This document shows positions 37,084-44,463 of a DNA stretch of 64,000 nt, piece after piece. This DNA comes from Verrucomicrobiota bacterium (GTDB taxonomy: Bacteria; Verrucomicrobiota; Verrucomicrobiia; Limisphaerales; UBA11358), in NCBI GenBank assembly GCA_049511835.1, contig JBEKXN010000002.1, positions 11,219 through 75,218 on the forward strand, given 5' to 3'. The position numbers and the translations under genes were made by a program. The first letter of the stretch is position 1; every line of letters starts with the position of its first letter. The notes under the pieces were generated by a model that was not told the DNA's origin, did no database searches, and worked only from the letters and a program-made list of their open reading frames with translations.

Positions 37084-37905
37084 ATGGTTATTTTTGCCGC
37101 CGAACAAATGAACTTGAAACGTTACCTGGCGATTTACGCCGCTCTGTGGAAGACGTCGGTGACGCGCGAAATGTCGTTCAAAGGCAACTTCCTCCTTTGG
37201 ATTGTCGTCGAGCTGGCCTGGTTCGGGCTGCAACTCGCTTTCGTCGGTGTGATTTTCAGCCAGACCACCACCATCGGCACGTGGACGGTGTGGCAGGTGG
37301 TGCTGCTCACCGGCACGAGCAATTTCATCCAGGAAATTTACCAGGCGTTTTTCCTCGTGAACTGCACGAACCTCTCCGAACTCGTGCGGACCGGCAAAAT
37401 GGATTTCCTGTTGTTGCTGCCGGTCAACACGCGGTTTGTCGTCTCGACGCGGCAGGTGGATCTGCCTTCGTTTGCCAACGCCGCGTTCGCCGTTTGCGTC
37501 ATGATCTACGCGGCGGGGAAATTGCAGCTGCACCCGGCCGCCGGACAACTCCTCGGCTTTGGCGTGTTATGTGTCATCGGGCTTTTGGTGCATTACTCGC
37601 TCATGTTCATGCTGGCCTCGGTGAGCTTTTGGACGGTGCGTGCGCAAGGCATCGTATGGGGCTACTACAGTCTGTTCAACCTTGCGCGAATGCCGGACGA
37701 GGCGTTTCGCGGCGCGTTCAAGGCCGTGTTCACCTTTGCGCTGCCCGTGCTGCTTGTGTCCAACGTGCCTGTGCGCGTGTTGGCGGACAAATTAACTTCG
37801 CCTTCCATGTGGCTGGTGCTGTTGGGCCTGGGCGTCATCTGGGCGCTCATTTCCGAATGGTTCTGGCGGTTCTCCATCCGCCGTTACACCAGCGCGAGCA
37901 CGTGA
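37084..37905 (+). CDS. ABC-2 type transporter permease (second subunit)
   Basis: Six predicted TM helices and an N-terminal REMSFKGNFLLW motif. An alternative start is ATG 37108. Confidence 0.65.
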   Translation: MVIFAAEQMNLKRYLAIYAALWKTSVTREMSFKGNFLLWIVVELAWFGLQLAFVGVIFSQTTTIGTWTVWQVVLLTGTSNFIQEIYQAFFLVNCTNLSELVRTGKMDFLLLLPVNTRFVVSTRQVDLPSFANAAFAVCVMIYAAGKLQLHPAAGQLLGFGVLCVIGLLVHYSLMFMLASVSFWTVRAQGIVWGYYSLFNLARMPDEAFRGAFKAVFTFALPVLLVSNVPVRVLADKLTSPSMWLVLLGLGVIWALISEWFWRFSIRRYTSAST

Positions 37906-37917
37906 GGAAAAAGTCGA

Positions 37918-37930
37918 GGGTTGAGAGTTG
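37918..37930. repeat. GGGTTGAGAGTTG motif, 12 bp after the permease stop
   Basis: Read directly. It is followed by the hairpin ccgccttc...gaaggcgg at 37931-37983. Confidence 0.65.
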
Positions 37931-38001
37931 CCCGCCTTCACTTCGTTTCGGCGCGGTCGCGCCGTAGCCAAAGGCGAAGGCGGAAAGGTTGGCAGTAAAA
38001 T

Positions 38002-38069
38002 GGCTTTCGGTAGAAAGCCGCACTGCTCAAATTCCCCGAATCATCCGGCGGTCTGCCGACCGCCGCTGC
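38002..38069. repeat. REP family B' copy
   Basis: ggctttcggtagaaagcc ... ccggcggtctgccgaccgccgctgc. Compare 14679-14752. Confidence 0.65.
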
Positions 38070-38108
38070 GAACGCGCAACTTGGACGCCTTGTCCGGAAC
38101 CGTGGCGG

Positions 38109-39572
38109 CTATTCGTTGTGCGGAATCTTGATCGTGCTCCCGCCGATGAATTCCCGGATAACGGCGTCCCCCGGGATGAGGTCGCAGGTTAAAAGTTGTT
38201 TCTTCGTAAAACCTTCCACCGATTCGAGCAGCGCCTTTACCCGGTCGTAACGGATGCGCGCGTCGAGAAAGCCCGCGTAAGGCGCGAAATCCTCCGGCTT
38301 GGGCAGCAGACCGCCTTCCCCGATGAAGAACGGTTTGAGCGCGGGCAATTCGAAGGGAAATCCGCCGTTGATGATGTAATCGCCCAGTCCCATGAGCGGG
38401 ATGATGCTGAACAGCTCTCCGTAACGCACGTAATGCCAGTGCAAAATCGTGCGCAGCGCGCTGTGGTTGCGGTGGCGCGCGTCACGCAACATGCGCCGGA
38501 TGAGACGCACATCGGTGAACTGCGTGAGCCGGTTCGTGCTCCCGTCGCCTTCGTACAACACGTTCAGCGTTTCGATGTAGAGACGGAATTGCGCGGAGGC
38601 ATCAATCCCTTCGGTGATGGGCGGGTAAAACCCGTGCAGGCAATCCAGCAAAAGAATCTGGTCCGGCTCAAGCCGCACCTGCCTGGTGCCTACGCGCCGG
38701 CCTTCCTTGAAACTGTAAATCGGTTTTTCAACCGTCTGCCCCTCGAGCAGCGCCCGAAGGTGCTGATTCAACAACTGAATGTCCAGCGCTTCCGGCGTCT
38801 CGTAATTCCGGTCATTGATCCAGTCGGTCGGATGCTCGACCAGCGACCAGAAATAGTCGTCGAGATTGAGCATCAAAAAACGCAGGCCCTGTTTTTCGAG
38901 CCGCTGCGTCAGCTTGACCGTCGTGGTTGTCTTGCCGGAGGAACTGGGGCCGCTCACCCACATCATCCGCAAACGGTTGCCCGCGTTCAGCCGCGCCAGG
39001 ACTTTCTGCGCCGCCTCGTCCAGCGACCGTTCATAGGCATCCAGCGACGCAACGATCACCTCCTTGATGCGCCCGCTGCGGACCGCGTCGTTCAGGCCGG
39101 CCACCGTGTCCACCCCCAGCCGCCGATTTTCTTCGAGGATTTGTTCCATCCGCTCGCGGGGAAAACCGTTGCCGGCGAATTTTTCCGGCGTCAACGCTCC
39201 CTCCCGCAGCCAATGCCGTCCCCAGCGATAACATTCGTAGGCATCGGCGGTGTTCTGGAAACCGTAGCTGCGCAGCGTGTGCAACACCTCGTCCTGGATG
39301 GACTCAATCGTCGGCGGAAAATTTGAAATCAGGTGATGCGGGTCAGAGTTGAGGCAGACGGTGGCCGCGTCCGCCAGAAAACCCGCGATGTTTTCATCCG
39401 AAACCTGTGCGCTGAAAATCTTGTCGTTAATGCCCGGCAGAAAATCCCGGTGAAAACCGCCGATGGATTCCGCGGCGCGCAAAATGGCCCTGCCGATGCG
39501 GTCCGAATCGAATTTGACCAGCGCCCGGTTGCGCTTCTGGACCTTGACAATGCGGTTTTGTACTGGCATCAC
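38109..39572 (-). CDS. ATP-cone domain fused to a uridine kinase/phosphoribulokinase-family P-loop kinase
   Basis: The N-terminal IVKVQKRNRALVKFDSDRIGRAILRA resembles an ATP-cone. A P-loop VSGPSSSGKTTTT follows, then LNLDDYF as in the PRK/UK family. Confidence 0.7.
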   Translation of the reverse strand: MMPVQNRIVKVQKRNRALVKFDSDRIGRAILRAAESIGGFHRDFLPGINDKIFSAQVSDENIAGFLADAATVCLNSDPHHLISNFPPTIESIQDEVLHTLRSYGFQNTADAYECYRWGRHWLREGALTPEKFAGNGFPRERMEQILEENRRLGVDTVAGLNDAVRSGRIKEVIVASLDAYERSLDEAAQKVLARLNAGNRLRMMWVSGPSSSGKTTTTVKLTQRLEKQGLRFLMLNLDDYFWSLVEHPTDWINDRNYETPEALDIQLLNQHLRALLEGQTVEKPIYSFKEGRRVGTRQVRLEPDQILLLDCLHGFYPPITEGIDASAQFRLYIETLNVLYEGDGSTNRLTQFTDVRLIRRMLRDARHRNHSALRTILHWHYVRYGELFSIIPLMGLGDYIINGGFPFELPALKPFFIGEGGLLPKPEDFAPYAGFLDARIRYDRVKALLESVEGFTKKQLLTCDLIPGDAVIREFIGGSTIKIPHNE

Positions 39573-39660
39573 CGCGAACTATACCGCAGCGGGACAAACA
39601 CTCAATGCCGTTTCAACGCGGCCGATGAAGCGCGAATTCTTGGAGAAATCAGTCGGCCGC

Positions 39661-40410
39661 CTACCAGTCGGGCAACTTTTGGGTGGTAGTTTTGGTGGAA
39701 GTGGCTGGCGCTTTTGGGGTGGAACTGCCGGACGCCTTTGGGGGGGCAGGCTGGGTGACGACTGGCTTGAGCGGCGTTGGCCGGGGCACTTCCTTGTAGT
39801 CGCGCGGGATTCCAAACAGCGAAGCGTCCAGCGGCCCTTCCTTGGCCGAAATCAGGGCCAGCGTGATTGTCTGACCGCCGCCGGTGACTTGTGACCTTAC
39901 CACCATGCCCGGCAACGCGCCCAACGTAGGAGTCATATCCGTGTCCGCGCCGGGGGTTTTGTCCAGCACGGCGTAGTCGGCCCGGATCCGGGCGTAATCC
40001 GGATAATTTTTGGCCACCCAGACCATCCCGGTAATGCCACGGGAATTCGTCCACGAATAAAGCTCCGTATCGTAGTCGCCCACTTTCTGGGTTTTGCCCG
40101 TGGGCCGCGGCACGGGCGCCCGGGAGGCGGTGCCCGCCGGCTTGGCTTGTTTCATCGGCTGGCCGGGCGATTTTAAATACAGCTTCTGGGTGTGCAACAG
40201 CGTGATGGTTTCGCCCGTGTTCAAATCCGTGATGGTGCTCAAGGCCTGCGACTGGCCGGCATACATGTCCATGCGGATCTTGGTGCCCTTGATCTTTATT
40301 GCGGCCACCCCGTTGTAGTTCGGGGTGACGATTTGTTGTTGCGTGACCAGATCGGCCTGCACACCGGTGGCGGCGCAAACCAGCGCGAGGGAAGTAAAAA
40401 TTCGTTTCAT
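39661..40410 (-). CDS. Secreted protein with Pro/Thr-rich C-terminal tail (DUF4412-like by recollection)
   Basis: Start moved to ATG 40410 (MKRIFTSLALVCAATGVQA signal peptide). Beta-rich body. C-terminal tail PRPTPLKPVVTQPAPPKASGSSTPKAPATSTKTTT. Confidence 0.6.
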   Translation of the reverse strand: MKRIFTSLALVCAATGVQADLVTQQQIVTPNYNGVAAIKIKGTKIRMDMYAGQSQALSTITDLNTGETITLLHTQKLYLKSPGQPMKQAKPAGTASRAPVPRPTGKTQKVGDYDTELYSWTNSRGITGMVWVAKNYPDYARIRADYAVLDKTPGADTDMTPTLGALPGMVVRSQVTGGGQTITLALISAKEGPLDASLFGIPRDYKEVPRPTPLKPVVTQPAPPKASGSSTPKAPATSTKTTTQKLPDW

Positions 40411-40463
40411 GGCGGCACGATAATCCTTCCGTCCTTCGTGGAAGAAAAGCAAAAAACATGAGG

Positions 40464-40530
40464 TTGCAGCGTTGAGCCTGCGGCTTGCTAAATCGTTCAG
40501 ATAAAATCGGCGCACAACGCCGGCGCTACA
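40464..40530. repeat. REP family A-like copy
   Basis: ttgcagcgttgagcctgcggcttg...cggcgcacaacgccggcgctaca. Confidence 0.6.
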
Positions 40531-40714
40531 ACTTCGAAGCGTCTGCGTCAGTAGTTTCTTCTTGGCTCTCCAAATGCTTTATCTCAGTTGAGCTTATTAT
40601 GCGAACCAACGATAAGAGGCGATGTGCACAAGATGAAGGCGGGCCGCGTCTGAATTCTGGACAGGGCCGGGCTTCAGAAGGCAGCACTGTCGCCGTCATG
40701 CAAAAGGGGTTTGC

Positions 40715-41590
40715 ATGAGTTTCAGTTTCCCACAAGTCATGGAGTTCATCACCGGCGCGCTGCAATTCAGCGTTGCTGGTTACGCCCTGCGACTAAACCG
40801 GATCTTCGGGACGGCCCGCGTGGGCTGGTCGCTGTTCTGGGCCTTTACGCTTCTGGCACTGCTCCACTTGTTTCAATCCATTGCGTTGTTCAATTCCGGC
40901 GAACCGTTGGGGGTCGAGATTGAGGTGATGTATTCCCTCATTTCGCTGCTGCTGCTGACCGGCATGGTCCACATCGAAACCTTGCTCAAGGAGCGTTTGC
41001 GGTTTGAGCGCGAGGAACGGCGTTTGCGGGCCGAATTGGAATCCGAAGTCAAAAAGAAAACGGCGTACCTGAGCCGGGCCATCGAGGAGCTGCAATCGGA
41101 AATTGACGGACGCAAACGAATGGAGGCGGAGGTCGAGAAGACGCACAAGGAACTCCTCGCCGCTTCCCGCCAGGCGGGGATGGTGGAGATAGCCGCCGGG
41201 GTGCTGCGCAACGTGGGCAATATTCTCAAGAATGCCGATGTCTCCGCCAGCCTGGTTTCCGACCAGGTGAAGCAATCCAAGATCGCCAATGTCGTCCATG
41301 TTGGCAACCTGATACGCGAACACGTGAAGGATCTGGGTGACTTTATGGCGCGCGATCCGAGGGGCCAAAAGTTGCCGGAGTATATCGCGGAACTGGCCGA
41401 GCATCTGGCCAATGAACAAACCATGCTCTCAAGTGAGCTGGAATCCCTTAGAAAGAACATCGAGGAAGCCGAAGTGGAGCAGGAAAGCTACACCAAGCTC
41501 ATGAGCAAGGAAGAAGCGGCAAAAGCCGCTGCCCCGCTCGAACAAGCGCCAACGATGAATGGCGACACGCCGGCGCGGCCGGACGTGTAG
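40715..41590 (+). CDS. Membrane-anchored DHp-only histidine-kinase paralog with Arg in place of the phosphoacceptor His and no ATPase domain
   Basis: Three N-terminal TM helices and a coiled coil, then SRQAGMVEIAAGVLRNVGNILKN. This aligns to [23 protein letters not shown] of the 26003-29002 kinase. Similarity continues to LRKNIE, after which the protein ends in a low-complexity tail. Confidence 0.75.
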   Translation: MSFSFPQVMEFITGALQFSVAGYALRLNRIFGTARVGWSLFWAFTLLALLHLFQSIALFNSGEPLGVEIEVMYSLISLLLLTGMVHIETLLKERLRFEREERRLRAELESEVKKKTAYLSRAIEELQSEIDGRKRMEAEVEKTHKELLAASRQAGMVEIAAGVLRNVGNILKNADVSASLVSDQVKQSKIANVVHVGNLIREHVKDLGDFMARDPRGQKLPEYIAELAEHLANEQTMLSSELESLRKNIEEAEVEQESYTKLMSKEEAAKAAAPLEQAPTMNGDTPARPDV

Positions 41591-41655
41591 ATTTTCAGGG
41601 GATATAAACCGCGCCTCCCCGAAATCACCGTGCATCGCCCTCGCGCGCAACTCCG

Positions 41656-42012
41656 TCAGCGTGGTTCGTCGTCATGGCCCAACAATCGGGCGAAGTAAAA
41701 GCAGCCGGCCGCAATGAGGATTGAAACCGCCACAATGATTTCCGCCTGTGTGCCGGGCTGTTTCAGGTCATCGAACCACTCCTCAATTACCGGGCCCATT
41801 TTGCCGTAGAGCATTCCCATCTGCCGCGTCTGGGCCTTGTTGTATCCCAGCATGGATAGGTCATCCGACATATCCGGAGAACGCGTCCCCAGCCAATAAA
41901 CCACGCCCGCGCCGCCCAAGCCCAGCACCAGCACGATGATGCCAATCATCCTGAGCCGCGCACTGCGCCTGGAGGACGCATGAGGACCGGAAATTTTGTC
42001 AATTGGCATCAT
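41656..42012 (-). CDS. Small two-TM membrane protein, hypothetical
   Basis: 118-aa ORF with two hydrophobic helices (MIGIIVLVLGLGGAGVVYWLG and IIVAVSILIAAGCFYFA). Confidence 0.5.
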   Translation of the reverse strand: MMPIDKISGPHASSRRSARLRMIGIIVLVLGLGGAGVVYWLGTRSPDMSDDLSMLGYNKAQTRQMGMLYGKMGPVIEEWFDDLKQPGTQAEIIVAVSILIAAGCFYFARLLGHDDEPR

Positions 42013-42106
42013 GTGCGCAGTGTTCTACGCGCACCGCCAGTAAAACACAAGTCCGCCGACGCTGCCGGATTGCCATTTGCGCCTGAACCGGCAATGATGT
42101 CCGTTC

Positions 42107-42385
42107 ATGAAACACAATTCGTATTTTGACGGAAAAGTTCAGAGCTTGGCCGTGAACACATTGGAAGGCCCGGCCACGGCTGGCGTGATTGAGCCGGGCA
42201 AATACACCTTCAAGACCGACTCGGAGGAACACATGCACGTCGTCGCCGGCACATTGAAAGCGAAAATTCCCGGAGCCTCGTGGCAGACGTTTGCCAGGGG
42301 CCAGTTTTTTGTGGTCCCGGCGCATGCGTCCTTTGATGTCGAGGCCGCTGCCGACGTAGCCTATCTCTGCCATTACAAAAAGTAG
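42107..42385 (+). CDS. ppnP: Pyrimidine/purine nucleoside phosphorylase PpnP (DUF1255/YaiE)
   Basis: 92 aa. N(S)YFDGKVQS...G.YTF.T...E.M.VV.G.L....P......F..G..F.VP....F......A.YLC.Y follows the E. coli PpnP pattern. Confidence 0.85.
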   Translation: MKHNSYFDGKVQSLAVNTLEGPATAGVIEPGKYTFKTDSEEHMHVVAGTLKAKIPGASWQTFARGQFFVVPAHASFDVEAAADVAYLCHYKK

Positions 42386-42387
42386 TT

Positions 42388-42413
42388 TGTAGCGGCGCTC
42401 TGTGAGCGCCGGA
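42388..42413. repeat. REP family B half-copy (TGTAGCGGCGCTCTGTGAGCGCCGG)
   Basis: The identical string occurs at 50689-50714. Confidence 0.8.
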
Positions 42414-42423
42414 AGATGGCAAA

Positions 42424-42478
42424 TGTGGCACAGACCTCTGGTCTGTGTTTTGGCACACAGGCCGGAGGCCTGTGCCAC
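42424..42478. repeat. REP family C copy
   Basis: tgtggcacagacctctggtctgtg...cacaggccggaggcctgtgccac. Confidence 0.85.
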
Positions 42479-42614
42479 GAGAAGTTGCGTCTTGGCAACA
42501 TTGCAGACTTGCGCATCCGCGCACTGACTTCGGAGCGCCGGCCTCCGGCCTGGTGAGGGTCGAGAGATTTCAGAAACAACGCGCCGGATCGGAATTCGGC
42601 ACTCCGCGTTGCCA

Positions 42615-43016
42615 TTAAAGTCGGGGGTAGTGTGATGCGTCTCTTGCGGACTTGCACGGGATGCGATTTGGCCGGGACAACTTGGGAGACTTTTTGCTGC
42701 CGGCGGCGATTTGAATCGCACGATGCGCCCAAGCCACCAACTCTTCCCGGTTTTCCAGCACGTCCGGCGGCACTTCGTGATAACCCATCGTCATCACGCG
42801 CCCCTTCATCTCGTAGGTGAACGGTCCCATGCCGCGCGCAATATAGTCAGCCTGCGACAGCGTGTCCGTTTTGAAAAACAGCCGGCCCTCGTCCAGAATT
42901 GCGAAGAAGGACTCACCCTGATACAACCCATGCGCGCCAAACATTGCCCGGGCACGCACGTCCGGCAACGCGCTCAACTGGTCGAGCACAAATTCTTTGA
43001 ACGAGTCATCCGCCAT
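42615..43016 (-). CDS. TfoX N-terminal domain protein
   Basis: Start moved to ATG 43016. MADDSFKEFVLDQLSALPDVRARAMFGAHGLYQGESFFAILDEGRLFFKTD is typical of the TfoX_N fold. Confidence 0.8.
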   Translation of the reverse strand: MADDSFKEFVLDQLSALPDVRARAMFGAHGLYQGESFFAILDEGRLFFKTDTLSQADYIARGMGPFTYEMKGRVMTMGYHEVPPDVLENREELVAWAHRAIQIAAGSKKSPKLSRPNRIPCKSARDASHYPRL

Positions 43017-43338
43017 TGCTGCGAAAGATTTAACGCAAAAATCGCGGCCTGTCACGCCGCAGCCGAAAGCGAAAGAGAAAGGTGCAAAGTCAAAAAGCAA
43101 TAGCGGCAACTCTGGGAACATTGCCATTGCGGCGGGTGGAGTTGTTTGTTGGTTGCCTTAAAGCCGGTCGGGATATCGGCCTTTGCTCTGAAGCTTCGGC
43201 GCGACCGACTGGCTTCTCCGGAGGTGTGCGCCATGGTTCAAAAATATGTGTTACCTAAAGGAATAGAGGAAGTTGCGCAAATTGCCAATAATTTTCCTTG
43301 TCTTTTTCCGGAACATGTCCCATACTTAGACAGTTGTT

Positions 43339-43812
43339 ATGGTATTAAATGTTCCAACTCAAAAAATCCTGGTTGTTGATGACAATCCGATAATTCTAAG
43401 GGTCTTGTCTTCGGCCTTCAAAGCCAGAGGCTACGAGGTGTTTACCGCCGTTGACGGTCCCGAGGCCTTCATCATCGTGAGCCGGGAACAGCCGGACCTT
43501 ATTTTGCTCGATATTTTCTTTCCGCCGGATCTTTTCCAAAGCGGCAACACTTGGGATGCGTTTAAGATTATGAACTGGCTCCAACGCATGGGCGGACCCC
43601 AAGCCAAGCATATTCCCGTCATCATCATGTCCGGCGCTGACCCGGGGGAAATCAAGGATCGTTGTCTGGCCGCCGGCGCAGTGGACTACTTCCAAAAACC
43701 GATCCAGATGCCCGAACTGCTGGAAGCCATTCAGCAAATCTTCTGCCCGGCTGTGAGCGAAGTGCCGCATGAATTGGTGGTCATTTCAAGTTCCGGTCGC
43801 CTGCGCCTTTAG
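43339..43812 (+). CDS. Single-domain response regulator (CheY-like receiver), copy 1
   Basis: KILVVDDNPIILRVL...DLILLDIFFPP...VIIMSGA...DYFQKP. Confidence 0.85.
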   Translation: MVLNVPTQKILVVDDNPIILRVLSSAFKARGYEVFTAVDGPEAFIIVSREQPDLILLDIFFPPDLFQSGNTWDAFKIMNWLQRMGGPQAKHIPVIIMSGADPGEIKDRCLAAGAVDYFQKPIQMPELLEAIQQIFCPAVSEVPHELVVISSSGRLRL

Positions 43813-43911
43813 CCAAACATCCGGTGGTAATGCGCTCAACGGGCCGGTGGCAAATTGCCAATAATTTGCCTTCTTTTTGTCCGGAGTATTTGCCATGCTG
43901 AAGCCGTTGTT

Positions 43912-44385
43912 ATGGCGTCAAGTCTTGCCACAAAAAAAATTCTGGTTGTTGATGACAATCAGATAATCCTGAATGTCTTGTCGTCGGCCCTCAAATCCAG
44001 AGGCTACGAGGTGTTTACGGCCGTTGACGGTCCCGCAGCCTTCACGGTCGTGCTTCAGGAACAGCCGGACCTCATCCTGCTCGATATTTTCTTTCCGCCC
44101 GACATCTTCCAGAGCGGTAACACCTGGGATGGGTTTCTGATTATGCACTGGCTCCAACGCATGGGCGGACCCCGGGCCAATCGCACCCCCGTAATCGTCA
44201 TGTCCGGGGCTGAACCGGTGGAAATCAAGGATCGTTGTCTGGCCGCCGGCGCAGTGGACTACTTTCAAAAACCGGTCAAGATTCCCGAACTGCTGGACGC
44301 CATTCAGCAACTCTCCCGCCCGAGGGTGAGCGAAGTGCCGCTTGAAGTGGCGGCCATGTCAAATTCCGAGCAACTGCGCCTCTAG
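43912..44385 (+). CDS. Single-domain response regulator (CheY-like receiver), copy 2
   Basis: Start moved to ATG 43912 (MASSLATKKILVVDDNQIILNVL...). Paralog of 43339-43812. Confidence 0.85.
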   Translation: MASSLATKKILVVDDNQIILNVLSSALKSRGYEVFTAVDGPAAFTVVLQEQPDLILLDIFFPPDIFQSGNTWDGFLIMHWLQRMGGPRANRTPVIVMSGAEPVEIKDRCLAAGAVDYFQKPVKIPELLDAIQQLSRPRVSEVPLEVAAMSNSEQLRL

Positions 44386-44392
44386 CCAAACC

Positions 44393-44446
44393 TCTGGCTG
44401 CAACGCACTCAACTGGTCGAGCACAAATTCTTTGAAGGAGTCGTCA
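44393..44446 (-). pseudogene. tfoX 5'-end fragment (start codon lost)
   Basis: ctggctgcaacgcactcaactggtcgagcacaaattctttgaaggagtcgtc matches 42962-43010 of the intact tfoX-like gene. Confidence 0.7.
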
Positions 44447-44463
44447 GTCAAGATACGGGAGAG

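Larger units (their letters stand above)
43278..44424. repeat. Tandem duplication (2 x about 573 bp) carrying promoter region plus a single-domain receiver gene
   Basis: caaattgccaataat... begins both units (43278 and 43851). The encoded receivers are highly similar throughout. Confidence 0.8.
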
